Origin: an uncultured Gammaproteobacteria bacterium
GTDB taxonomy: Bacteria > Patescibacteriota > Microgenomatia > UBA10105 > UBA927
DNA: 64,000 nt
Direction: 5' to 3'
NCBI GenBank assembly: GCA_964588145.1
Contig: CAZPNL010000001.1
Coordinates: 11,306 to 75,305 of the forward strand
The notes below the pieces were generated by a model, which had not been told where the DNA came from, made no database searches, and saw nothing but the letters and a program-made list of their open reading frames with translations. Shown here piece after piece: positions 48,496 to 57,770 of the stretch. Each line of letters starts with the position of its first letter. The first letter of the stretch is position 1. A program made the position numbers and the translations under genes.

Positions 48496-49293
48496 ATGAT
48501 TTGGATTATTTTGCCTGTGTATAATGAGGAAAAAAATTTGGTTGGGGTCCTTGACGCCATAGGAGTAACTCTCAAAGACGAGTCTCATCGTGTTGTTGTA
48601 GTCAACGACGGAAGCACTGACAGGACTGCATCGATATTGGCAAATATAAAGGATCGCAGAATATCTACCATAAGCTATCCATTAAATGGAAATATTGGTA
48701 CGGCTTTTTCTAACGGCATAGAATTTGTTCTGGCTCATGGTAAAAAAACAGATGTTGTTGTAATTATGGAATCAGACGGAACCAGTGATGTGTCGCTGTT
48801 ACGACAGTTTGTGACTACGCTACACACTACAAATGCAGATGTTTGTATCGCGTCGCGCTACCAGAAGGGCGGAAGATATGTCCATTTTCCATTTGGCCGC
48901 ATGCTTACCAGTGCTTTGGCAAATTATAGTTTGCGTACTCTTTTCCCTATAGCGGGTGTCAAAGACTATACGATTTTTTACCGTGCGTATAGAGTGGGTA
49001 TGTTGCACTATGCAACGACTGTTTTTAGTTCATATGGATTGATACGGGGTACGGGATTTGTGGCAAATGCGGAGCTGCTTGTAAAATTAGCATTTTTGGG
49101 GGCACATGTCTGCGAAATACCACTTGTATATGATTATGGAAACAAAAAAAGTAGAAGCAAGATGGGGGTAGTAAAAACAATCTTTGAATATTTATTTATC
49201 ATTATACATTTTTATGCTATACAAGAAGCTCTCGTCATAAGAAGTGTCGGCAATCAACTTCCTAAATATTTTGCCAAAAAAGTAGTAGAGTAG
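48496..49293 (+). CDS. GT2 glycosyltransferase, DPM1/polyprenol-phosphate-sugar synthase-like
   Basis: MIWIILPVYNEEKNLVGVLD ... VVVVNDGSTDRTASIL. 265 aa. Confidence 0.65.
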   Translation: MIWIILPVYNEEKNLVGVLDAIGVTLKDESHRVVVVNDGSTDRTASILANIKDRRISTISYPLNGNIGTAFSNGIEFVLAHGKKTDVVVIMESDGTSDVSLLRQFVTTLHTTNADVCIASRYQKGGRYVHFPFGRMLTSALANYSLRTLFPIAGVKDYTIFYRAYRVGMLHYATTVFSSYGLIRGTGFVANAELLVKLAFLGAHVCEIPLVYDYGNKKSRSKMGVVKTIFEYLFIIIHFYAIQEALVIRSVGNQLPKYFAKKVVE

Positions 49294-49300
49294 TGTAAGT

Positions 49301-50593
49301 ATGAGGGTACAAAGGTATATAAATTTTTCATCAAAATTTATACTTCTTTTATTGTTTTTTTTGGTCGTGGGAATTGCGCTCAGGCTGTTTATGCTTTTGT
49401 ATGCCACTACGGCACTCATGTGGGACAGTTGGATTAATAGTGATTATGCGGTGCAGCTGATGACTGGGCATGTAATCGCTGACCCACGCGATCGTAATTT
49501 GGGATATTCTGCTTTTTTAATGATCGTCTATGCATTTTTTGGTTATGAAAATATATACGCAGTACAGATCGTGCAGGTATTGCTCGACGTATATATTGGA
49601 ATTATTATTTTTACTACCACAGCTGGGATGTTTTCAAAAAAAATTGCGAGTTACTCATTTGCCTTGTACATGATCAATCCATACACAGCATCTTACACTG
49701 GGATGATATTTTCTGAGATTTTTACTATATTTTTATTTTGCTCTACTGCGTATGTCATTAGTCTTGAACAGTTTCGGTATCAAGTTCGCTTGTGGATACT
49801 ATACGGTTTTTTGTTGGGCTGGATAATATTTGTGCGACAGCAGTTTGTGTTTTTTTCTTTTTTTATATCATTTGTGATAGGTATTTTGGTAATACCCAAA
49901 AAGAAAATTATATTATTTCTTTTGTCAACCTATATTTCTCTTCTTGTGGCAAACAGCTATACGCTCTACTCGTATTGGTACAACTATAAACAGATTTCAT
50001 TATCGCCTCCGTATAATGTAAAAAATGCTGCACTGTATCTGATGTTTGAGATGTCTCGTCAAACGCCATCTCTGATAGACGATAAAAGTGGAACAGGTTA
50101 TTTTTCTCGTATGGACGATGCATATGTGCATATTGTAAATGAGTATTATGCTACTCCTCTTGAGCAGATGAGTGCATTTCAAGATAAATATACTACGTTA
50201 TTTATAGAAAGATTGCGTTTGGACTGGCAAGTATTTGTCACAAGGATTATTCGAAATGTGTTTTTGATTTGGGATAAATATTATCTGTGGTATTACGTTG
50301 ACGAGTGGTATCCGATAGACAAAATTCCTGTGCGATTGGGTAATATTGTGTATGTAGGAATTAGTTTTTTGGGACTTTTACGTATTTGGCTTTTTAATGT
50401 GAGATTGCGTCGTCATCCAGTCACGGTTTTTAGTTTAGGTATGGTGCTATATATGACGATTGTGTTTAGTCTCGTGTCATCGGAGCCTAGGCATACGCTC
50501 GCATATTATGGTATATGCGCAATTTGGCTTGGGTATCAGGTGCGCGAATTTGTGCAGCATTTGCCTCAGTGGGGGTTCAGGTCGAATGTGTAG
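49301..50593 (+). CDS. polytopic membrane GT-C-like protein (ArnT/PMT-like first loop)
   Basis: 430 aa with ~11 TM helices. First loop MWDSWINSDYAVQLMTGH resembles the DE-x-RYA-x-I-A-x-x-M pattern. Confidence 0.45.
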   Translation: MRVQRYINFSSKFILLLLFFLVVGIALRLFMLLYATTALMWDSWINSDYAVQLMTGHVIADPRDRNLGYSAFLMIVYAFFGYENIYAVQIVQVLLDVYIGIIIFTTTAGMFSKKIASYSFALYMINPYTASYTGMIFSEIFTIFLFCSTAYVISLEQFRYQVRLWILYGFLLGWIIFVRQQFVFFSFFISFVIGILVIPKKKIILFLLSTYISLLVANSYTLYSYWYNYKQISLSPPYNVKNAALYLMFEMSRQTPSLIDDKSGTGYFSRMDDAYVHIVNEYYATPLEQMSAFQDKYTTLFIERLRLDWQVFVTRIIRNVFLIWDKYYLWYYVDEWYPIDKIPVRLGNIVYVGISFLGLLRIWLFNVRLRRHPVTVFSLGMVLYMTIVFSLVSSEPRHTLAYYGICAIWLGYQVREFVQHLPQWGFRSNV

Positions 50594-51986
50594 CGTTTTG
50601 TGTTTTCTTTGTTGTAACGCGCCTAACTGTTCGTATCATAAACAATATTCCATTGACTGAAAGTAACACCATGATTGGATAAAATGGCATGATATATCGG
50701 GCATCAGGATAGGCAAACATCGCAATTGGGATTTTACCCAGTATGATAATGCCGCTTAGTAATCTCATATATACATTTCCAAAAACTATCCCTATCAAAA
50801 GGGACGGAAAAAAAATCCATACAGACCATATGGGAAAAATGTGTAAATTTATCCAATCGCTCAGTTGTAAATATGACTTCCATGTCGTATATGTGTGTGC
50901 AGTTTGAATCATGGGTGTGCACATGGTAAATTTTCCCAGTGGATCACAGTTAACTGGATATATATTGGATGGAGGATTTGCATCTTGAGTATACTGCAAA
51001 TTAGGCCACCAGGGACTGCCAGAGCGGTGTGATTGAAAAAAATTATATACTGTGAGCCGTGCGAAATCTATAGGGTATGTTTTGATAGCGGCAAGTCCCA
51101 CATTTCCTAATACTCTATCGATCGTATGCCAATCAAATCCAATTTTTTTAAAGAAATATGGCTCCATTTCCCAATATGGTTGATAGAGATCAACGCCAAT
51201 TGGTACGTATTTGCGAAGTTCGATCATAGAAGGATCAGTTTCGGGAGGAAGTCTTTTTGCAACCGAAACCATCTGTATATGATAGCGAACAGACTGTGTA
51301 CTGCTTAAGCCAAAAATCCCGGTAATATGGGTTTGAATTATGATCCATGCTCCTATGCTGGCTAGCCCTATGATAGGTAGTGCATATGATTTTGGGTGGA
51401 TTTTTGGTTTGTGCCAGAGAAACAGGGCAAGTGCTACTATGCCATATACGAGAAATGCATATTTCCACAAGCTACTTAGAAATCCAAACCATGTCAGGAG
51501 TGATAGATAATGTATTTTTTTGGTAACTGTCCAGAGATATAAAATAAAAATATAGACCGTGAGTACTAATTGAGCTGTAATGTCAGTCATCAGATATGAG
51601 ATGAATACCAGATTAGCCGGTAAGAGCGCATGTATGCAGCTTACGATAACTGCATACTCGTAGCCGATCATAGGTTTTAGTATTTTATATAAAAGTAACG
51701 TTGTTAGCCCTAGTGTGACTATTTGGATGAAGTGAAGTGAAATATCGGCGCGTGGGACATACTGTAGTAGCGCCAGAAGTACACTGTATAGCGGGGGTTC
51801 GCCTGTGGGTACAAAGCTGTAGGGATGTGCGCCATAATTTGGCACAAATTCTCCAGTCTTGAAATACCATGACAATACCCACGAGAACCAGCTATCAACA
51901 TTGCTATTTATCCACGCAAAAAAGAAATGAAAAAAACCTATAGCAATCGTGAAAATTATAGTAGTATGCGCAATATTTTTGAGCAT
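50577..51986 (-). CDS. polytopic membrane GT-C-like protein
   Basis: 469 aa with many TM helices. First loop NVDSWFSWVLSWYFKTGEFVPNYGAHPYSF. Confidence 0.45.
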   Translation of the reverse strand: MLKNIAHTTIIFTIAIGFFHFFFAWINSNVDSWFSWVLSWYFKTGEFVPNYGAHPYSFVPTGEPPLYSVLLALLQYVPRADISLHFIQIVTLGLTTLLLYKILKPMIGYEYAVIVSCIHALLPANLVFISYLMTDITAQLVLTVYIFILYLWTVTKKIHYLSLLTWFGFLSSLWKYAFLVYGIVALALFLWHKPKIHPKSYALPIIGLASIGAWIIIQTHITGIFGLSSTQSVRYHIQMVSVAKRLPPETDPSMIELRKYVPIGVDLYQPYWEMEPYFFKKIGFDWHTIDRVLGNVGLAAIKTYPIDFARLTVYNFFQSHRSGSPWWPNLQYTQDANPPSNIYPVNCDPLGKFTMCTPMIQTAHTYTTWKSYLQLSDWINLHIFPIWSVWIFFPSLLIGIVFGNVYMRLLSGIIILGKIPIAMFAYPDARYIMPFYPIMVLLSVNGILFMIRTVRRVTTKKTQNATHST

Positions 51987-51987
51987 A

Positions 51988-53676
51988 TTAATCCATCAAT
52001 TTATATATTCGGATTTTTTCGTTTTCATAGCCAATTGTCACATATTTCATTGCTGTAGTGGGAACGCGACTATTGGTTGGACTTGTGATAATATAGCCGA
52101 TTCTATGATTTGGAAAAAAAGACTGAATTTCGTCTTCGCTCATTGCATTAGTAAAAAATCTGTTTCGTAGACTCTCTTTTACATCTGGGTAAAGCGTGTG
52201 CAGTGGGTGTCCAAGGAAGGATATTTTTTCTGTAAATACTGGGATAAGAATTTCTACTCGCAACACATCGTCAGAGAGAACAACCTTTTTGTTTTCTGGC
52301 TCATTTTGATTTTTAAGCCAGGCAAATGCATCGATAAAATCATTTGGAACATGATTGTATTGGGTGTCCATCAACAACCAGTAATTCTCAAAAGGTGTTA
52401 TACGATTTGATATTTGTTTGTAATTGGCGGGTATTGTGTGCAAGAGATATATGCTAAATGCACTTAATAACGCTAATGTTTTTAGAAATCGCAATGTATG
52501 TAAAAATGGGATATTCAGTACAAGCTGGGGAATTTCAATAATACCAATTGCTGCTACAACTGAGAGAAATCCGTGGGAGATAGGGTGAAAAAATCGTATC
52601 GGAGACGCACCTATAAGGCTTGGTAGGGGAGAATAGTAGAGGCCAATAGCTGAAAGTGCATAGAGTGCAAAGGTTTTTGCAGTCGTATTTGCTTTATAAA
52701 AATATCGATATAAGCCAAATGGTATAAAGAGCATAATGGGGCCATGAGACTGAAAAAAGTGTGAAAATTCTCTGGGGACTTGCTGGTAAAGTTCCCATGT
52801 TTTTGCTGCAGCAAAAGGTGCTAGAGATAGCTCCACAGAAGTTATGTAAGCGACGGGGAGAGATATGATACCGGTGATTGTGATGGGAATAAGAAGTCGA
52901 AGATTATTATGACGAAGAGTTTGCCACAGTGATAGTATGCCTGCCCCTATCAAGAGCGCCATAGCTTGCATGGGGTAGGCTGACGTAATGATGATTGTTA
53001 ACAATATTTGTGTACTGTAGGTGCGCACATTTTGTTTTTCTAAAAGTTTGGCAAAAGAGATAATAAATAAAATGATAATTATAGATTGGAAAACTTGATG
53101 GGGTACACCTCCTAACCTCCAAAATGATGGTGTGGGGGAAAACCATAATTTATCAGGAAATCGTATGACCCCGTGATAAAAGAGGTTTTCTAGAGATATA
53201 AAAGGTGATGCAGTGAGAATAATAAAAAGACTAAGCAATCGCTTCGTTTTGGAAAGAGGAAAAATTTTTGTAAGGAGTATATGCCACATGGTAATGAGCG
53301 TTACAACAAGAAGCATGAGAGAGATGTTGTAGGAACCAAATGGATCTAGCCCTACCAGATGACCTAAAAATCCAATTGTGGCGTTTTGCCAATATAGCCA
53401 AGTAGTTCTTTGCGGTTCATTGGTAAATAAAAAATTTGTTAGTATTTTTCCTTCTGCGCCCTCCGCCATTTGATAGGTATAGAGAAAATAGTCAGCAAAA
53501 TAGTGGGTTATGGCAGTAAAATAGTAACCGGGTGGATTTGATACCCATTGGATAATAACTTGGAGTGAATTTAAGAATGTAAAAATAAGAGTTAGCGCAG
53601 TGACTATAAGTCGTTCATCATGTTTTTTGATACATGTCTTAATGCTCTGTAGATGCAATGGGTCAAACTGTTTCAT
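51988..53676 (-). CDS. polytopic membrane protein, uncharacterised GT-C-like paralog family (member 4 of 5)
   Basis: First loop YFADYFLYTYQMAEGAEGKILTNFLFTNEPQ. A C-terminal periplasmic domain is shared with the family. Confidence 0.55.
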   Translation of the reverse strand: MKQFDPLHLQSIKTCIKKHDERLIVTALTLIFTFLNSLQVIIQWVSNPPGYYFTAITHYFADYFLYTYQMAEGAEGKILTNFLFTNEPQRTTWLYWQNATIGFLGHLVGLDPFGSYNISLMLLVVTLITMWHILLTKIFPLSKTKRLLSLFIILTASPFISLENLFYHGVIRFPDKLWFSPTPSFWRLGGVPHQVFQSIIIILFIISFAKLLEKQNVRTYSTQILLTIIITSAYPMQAMALLIGAGILSLWQTLRHNNLRLLIPITITGIISLPVAYITSVELSLAPFAAAKTWELYQQVPREFSHFFQSHGPIMLFIPFGLYRYFYKANTTAKTFALYALSAIGLYYSPLPSLIGASPIRFFHPISHGFLSVVAAIGIIEIPQLVLNIPFLHTLRFLKTLALLSAFSIYLLHTIPANYKQISNRITPFENYWLLMDTQYNHVPNDFIDAFAWLKNQNEPENKKVVLSDDVLRVEILIPVFTEKISFLGHPLHTLYPDVKESLRNRFFTNAMSEDEIQSFFPNHRIGYIITSPTNSRVPTTAMKYVTIGYENEKIRIYKLMD

Positions 53677-55301
53677 AGTTTTACCTGATATAGAATAGCA
53701 GAAGGATTTTGATAATACACTTTGAGAAATGGATAGATACGCGTTAAATCAATTTGAGACTCATATTTTGTTTGCAAAATATACCTAATATGTTGGCTTT
53801 GTAAAAGTTCCAAGGTACTAGTAGGGTCTTTAGATCCTGCTAATATTTGTTCAGCGATAGGATTTTTTTGATACAGATCTGTTGTGGCGAGAAAATGACC
53901 TGTAAAGCTTGTGTGTCCACTGAGGGCGGGACCCAGTAGATCCATATGTGATGTGGGGGATGCAATGAATGCATTATTGTAATTGGTGTCTTTGGAAAGT
54001 TCGAGGAACGCGTTGTAAATATTTGAGTCTACATACATCAAGGGTTGTGCGTAGTTAGTTGTTTGTATTTTTTGTTGAACTTCCCAGATTAGTGTAGGTG
54101 CACTAAATATAATAAAAATAGCTGCAAATGTTGGATAAATCCACGCATGCCAACTGGGAAATCTATTGATAATAAATTGTTTTATCCATATATATGATTG
54201 TATGGAAAAATACCCTAAAAATATACTTGTTGCGGGGAATAGAAGTCGGAGATTTGAGAAGCCTAATGTTTTGGGTATTGGAGAGAGAAATGCTCCATAT
54301 GTGCATACAATAAGAACCATGCCAAATGTTTCAAACCACGTTTGTCCTTTTTTAAGAGTAAATACAAATGCAATGAGCGTGAGGTAGCTTGCAGGACCTA
54401 TGGAGAGTAGGAGGAAAGGCAGATCAGTATAGCCCTGTTGTGATGCTTCCCAAATTTTTGATTGGATATGTGGTTGTTGGCTCAGAAAATAAGAAGTGAG
54501 CGCAAAAGCAAATATACATCCGATTGTACTTCCGATCATGAGAGTATGCGAGAGGAATGACGGCCTACGCTTTAGTATTACAATTTGGATGATACCTGTT
54601 ACCCACATCGCGCCCATGTATACGCCTGCCTGTATTGGGTTTAAAGTTGTTAATAGTGCTAATGCAATGATGGCTAGGAGCCAATAGGATTTGTGTTGAT
54701 TTGATTTTATGAGACTTAATAAAAATATATGTGCAAATATGGTTTGTGTAAGTTGATGGGGGGCGCCACCGAGTCGGTCAAATGCAAAATGCGGCGTTCG
54801 CCATATTTGAAATGGCCAATAAACTATGCCTTTATCTGGAGTATGAATTCTGTTCATGATGGATGTTGAGCATGTGCTTATGATGAAAGCTAGGAGTATA
54901 AGTTTGGAATTGTGGGGAAGGAGTATGTGTAATACTTTTGCAGATAATAAGAGCATGATCCAGGCTAGGATAATAAGTGAGAGGTTGTATGATGCGAACT
55001 GATCTAGTCCCAATACGCCTCCAGTTTTGCCAAGGAGGACATTTGACCAATAGATAAAACTAGGAAGTGTTGGCTCTGTCGTATATTTATTGTGTGTGAG
55101 CCATCCTCCGTGTGCGCCTTGAAAAAAATGATTGAGGTAGAAAAAATAATCTTCATAATAATGTGTTGTTGCAAGAAACACTGTCTGTGGGGGCTGTTTT
55201 GAGATTGCTGTAAAAAAATGTGACACATTTAGAAGTGATACAACCGTACTCATGAGAATGATACTCATCCATATTTTTTTCATACGCATATGAGAGGCCA
55301 T
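53673..55301 (-). CDS. polytopic membrane protein, uncharacterised GT-C-like paralog family (member 5 of 5)
   Basis: First loop HYYEDYFFYLNHFFQGAHGGWLTHNKYTTEP. 4-bp overlap with the downstream paralog. Confidence 0.55.
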   Translation of the reverse strand: MASHMRMKKIWMSIILMSTVVSLLNVSHFFTAISKQPPQTVFLATTHYYEDYFFYLNHFFQGAHGGWLTHNKYTTEPTLPSFIYWSNVLLGKTGGVLGLDQFASYNLSLIILAWIMLLLSAKVLHILLPHNSKLILLAFIISTCSTSIMNRIHTPDKGIVYWPFQIWRTPHFAFDRLGGAPHQLTQTIFAHIFLLSLIKSNQHKSYWLLAIIALALLTTLNPIQAGVYMGAMWVTGIIQIVILKRRPSFLSHTLMIGSTIGCIFAFALTSYFLSQQPHIQSKIWEASQQGYTDLPFLLLSIGPASYLTLIAFVFTLKKGQTWFETFGMVLIVCTYGAFLSPIPKTLGFSNLRLLFPATSIFLGYFSIQSYIWIKQFIINRFPSWHAWIYPTFAAIFIIFSAPTLIWEVQQKIQTTNYAQPLMYVDSNIYNAFLELSKDTNYNNAFIASPTSHMDLLGPALSGHTSFTGHFLATTDLYQKNPIAEQILAGSKDPTSTLELLQSQHIRYILQTKYESQIDLTRIYPFLKVYYQNPSAILYQVKL

Positions 55302-55375
55302 GGTATTGTAGCCAATTGGTTTTGCTCTTGGGCGGGCATGTGTTGAGCTTGGAATTTATAGTACAATATGGCAAC

Positions 55376-56365
55376 ATGATACCAAGTTTTCAAAAGAAAA
55401 ACATACTGATCACTGGAGGATTGGGATTTATCGGAAGTAATTTGGCGATTGCTCTCACAAGACAGGGAGCAAGTGTTACAATTCTGGACAATCTTTGGCC
55501 AGGACTTGGTGGCAATAAAGCAAATATCTCCGAAATAAGCGATAGGGTAATTATAAATTATGGAGATGTCAGAGATCCGCTTGTCGTAGCACAGCTTGTA
55601 AAAGGACAAGAATATATTTTCCATCTCGCACGTCAGACTGATCACATAATCAGTCAAACAGATCCGTATCCGGATATAGATATAAACATTCGTGGCACTG
55701 CAGTACTGTTGGAAGCAATTAAAAAACACAATCCAACTGTGCGATTTATATATACAGGAACTCGTGGACAATATGGAAAAGCAGTAACGTTACCAGTAGC
55801 TGAGACAGCACCTACAAATCCACGTGGTGTTTATGAGTTAACGAATTTAGCTGCTGAAAAACTTGTGCAAATATATCATGATGTCCATCATATTTCATCT
55901 ATCATGCTTCGATTAACAAATATATATGGCCCTCGCGGTCAGATGCATCATAATCGCTACGGAATTGTCAATTGGTTTATACGGCAAGCTATGGATGGGG
56001 AACAAATTTCAGTGTTTGGTGATGGAATGTTGAAGCGTGACTTTATCTATATTGATGATGCAATCGATGCGATACTTAGATGTACGTTAACAGATGGTGC
56101 ATACGGTGAAATTATTAACATTGGAAGTCCACAAGCTGAAACATTTGTTGAGCTTGTGACTGCAATAGTTAAAGCTGCGGGATCTGGTGGGTATACGTTT
56201 ACACCTTTTAGTCCAGAGCGGGCTGCGCAAGAACCAGGAGATTTTACAAGTGATATAACAAAATTGACACAATTGACAGGTTGGAAACCTACCACATCTT
56301 TGAAAAAGGGTATTCAAAAAACTATTGCTTATTACAAGAATAATAAGCATGCTTATTGGTCATAA
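55376..56365 (+). CDS. NAD-dependent epimerase/dehydratase (extended SDR)
   Basis: MIPSFQKKNILITGGLGFIGSNL from the in-frame ATG 55376. The track used TTG 55316. YELTNLAAEK is the YxxxK motif. Confidence 0.7.
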   Translation: MIPSFQKKNILITGGLGFIGSNLAIALTRQGASVTILDNLWPGLGGNKANISEISDRVIINYGDVRDPLVVAQLVKGQEYIFHLARQTDHIISQTDPYPDIDINIRGTAVLLEAIKKHNPTVRFIYTGTRGQYGKAVTLPVAETAPTNPRGVYELTNLAAEKLVQIYHDVHHISSIMLRLTNIYGPRGQMHHNRYGIVNWFIRQAMDGEQISVFGDGMLKRDFIYIDDAIDAILRCTLTDGAYGEIINIGSPQAETFVELVTAIVKAAGSGGYTFTPFSPERAAQEPGDFTSDITKLTQLTGWKPTTSLKKGIQKTIAYYKNNKHAYWS

Positions 56366-56366
56366 T

Positions 56367-57770
56367 ATGACGTATTTAGTGACGCATTTTTTGCGTTTAT
56401 TTTGTAGATTTATATGGCTATATAAATGGGTGTTGATCGCATTCGGCCTATCAATACTTGCACGTATAGCATTTTATTTCATCTATCCGTATTACATTCC
56501 TACCGCAGATAGTGAAAGTTATTATATTCATGCGATGGTATCGACGCGTTTCCCTCTACATATTGAAAATTTTGTCAGCGTTTTTCGTACACCTGTATAT
56601 CCATTTTTTTTGGGACTGATATTGAGAGGTGCAGGAGTAGTGGATGAAAATTTTGTTTCCTCATCTACATTTTTGGGGGCTGTCCAGTGGATGATATTAT
56701 TACAATCATTATTAGGTGTTTTGAGCCTATTGGTTATCTATAAAACATCACGCCTCATGCATCTATCTCGATTTACTTCAAGTCTATTAGTACTGCTTAT
56801 TGGGTTAAATTCTAGTTTAATACTATGGGAGCATGCCATGATGAGTGAGGCGCTAGCGATATTTTGGATTTGTGTCATGGGGTATTTGTGTATTCGATAT
56901 GTAGCGTATTTTTATATGCGTGATTTGGTACTTCTTGGGTTGTGGTTTTCGGTGGGATATTTATTGCGACCTGCATTTTTGTTTTTGCCATTTGTTATGT
57001 TGTCCAGTTTGCTTTTTGTGCAGAGGAAATTTAAGTATATGATTGTAACTTTATTTATGCTTGTTTATTGTGGTTTAGTGCCGTATGGATATGCACAATT
57101 AAATAATCATTACAAGCATTTTGAAGGATTTAGCTGGACTACAGGGATAGGGATGCTTGCAAAAGTATTACAATACAAACTACCAACTGATGCAGGAAAA
57201 AAATATACATATATTTATGATTCTGTGGAATATTTTAAAACGCAATCTACATCTGTAGAGCCATTTCGATATTTAGAATTTTTTGGATACATGGATGCGC
57301 CTCGCTGGAAAGAGCTGGAGGAGTATGGTATAGCAATATTGCTTGCAAATTTACCAGCATATATATATTACAGCTTGCTAGATATCCCAAAAATATTTTT
57401 GGAACACCCAAATCTCTTACATGATACCGTTTATGGAAATGGCATACTCTATGAATTGTTTTATACAAATTACACTTTTTATTCTGGTATAAAAGCTATG
57501 CTTATCGGCATGATGCCAATATTTATTTTGCAGACCATACGATGGATGTTTAAAAAAAGTAGTGAAGATACAAAGATATTAATTTTTGGATTAAGCGGTA
57601 TGGTGCAAGTTCTCACTGTCGTTTTTTATAGCGCAAGCTATGATTATGGCATGTTAGAGAGATTTTCGCATATCATACAAATTCATATGACTCTGTATAT
57701 GTATTTTGTCTGTTACAAAATGATAAAGTATCTCAAACATAAAATTATCCATTTTCATTCTGTTGTATGA
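56367..57770 (+). CDS. polytopic membrane GT-C-like protein (tandem paralog A)
   Basis: ATG 56367 lies 1 nt after the upstream stop; an alternative ATG is at 56349. First loop ADSESYYIHAMVSTRFPLHIENFVSVFRTPVYP. The C-terminus is FYSASYDYGMLERFSHIIQIH. Confidence 0.5.
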   Translation: MTYLVTHFLRLFCRFIWLYKWVLIAFGLSILARIAFYFIYPYYIPTADSESYYIHAMVSTRFPLHIENFVSVFRTPVYPFFLGLILRGAGVVDENFVSSSTFLGAVQWMILLQSLLGVLSLLVIYKTSRLMHLSRFTSSLLVLLIGLNSSLILWEHAMMSEALAIFWICVMGYLCIRYVAYFYMRDLVLLGLWFSVGYLLRPAFLFLPFVMLSSLLFVQRKFKYMIVTLFMLVYCGLVPYGYAQLNNHYKHFEGFSWTTGIGMLAKVLQYKLPTDAGKKYTYIYDSVEYFKTQSTSVEPFRYLEFFGYMDAPRWKELEEYGIAILLANLPAYIYYSLLDIPKIFLEHPNLLHDTVYGNGILYELFYTNYTFYSGIKAMLIGMMPIFILQTIRWMFKKSSEDTKILIFGLSGMVQVLTVVFYSASYDYGMLERFSHIIQIHMTLYMYFVCYKMIKYLKHKIIHFHSVV

